Of a stretch of DNA of 64,000 nucleotides, positions 63,771 to 64,000 are shown one piece after another. The translations under genes were made by a program, and so were the position numbers. Position 1 is the first letter of the stretch. Each line of letters begins with the position of its first letter. The notes under the pieces were generated by a model. The model saw only the letters and a program-made list of their open reading frames with translations. It did no database searches and was not told the origin of the DNA. Origin of the DNA: Lama guanicoe (Eukaryota); contig MU053754.1 of assembly GCA_013239625.1 (NCBI GenBank), positions 555,379 to 619,378 of the forward strand, read 5' to 3'.

Positions 63771-64000
63771 ATAGCAGTAACAACAAAGGAGAAAGTTAAC
63801 AGTGAAAGGAGCCGGAAGGGAGTAGCGTCCCACGATGGAGAAGCTGGCCGTCCTCCTGTGTGTACAGTATGGTCGGGGCAGAGACAGAGGGGACAGGCGT
63901 TTTTACTAGTCACTGCTGTAAATAATAGAGGCAAAAAGTAGGAGAGTGTATCTGACAGTGAAACCGTGGATTGTAAAGATGTTATAGAGGCAGAATTGGT

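Noticed and set aside
1..64000. The many short ORFs in the supplied track as host genes
   Set aside because: Short, mostly non-ATG starts, no recognisable domains, many inside repeats; expected by chance in mammalian non-coding DNA.

Overview
Mammalian, not microbial, DNA. tRNA-derived Vic-1-type SINEs point to a camelid (alpaca, llama or camel). The window looks like intronic or intergenic sequence dense in transposon fossils: solo ERV1/ERVL/MaLR LTRs (several with visible TG..CA ends and target-site duplications, TSDs), 5'-truncated L1s, MIR/L2/L3, and hAT elements MER20/MER58/MER3. It also has two minisatellites, several local duplications and a 76-N assembly gap. I found no recognisable host coding exon, RNA gene or CRISPR array; the only ORFs I can identify are L1 ORF2p C-terminal remnants. 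Most L1/LTR copies are on the minus strand, suggesting a large plus-strand host gene that I cannot name. I cannot support a novel biological system. The best second-look items are a full CTCF site (core plus upstream module) with an adjacent inverted repeat and a divergent partner site, patches of AT-to-GC drift in old repeats, a candidate alternative first exon near 25.2 kb, two L1s inside one TSD, and an old ~110-bp direct repeat near 57.5-58.1 kb. Repeat family names come from recalled consensus sequences and need RepeatMasker/Dfam confirmation.
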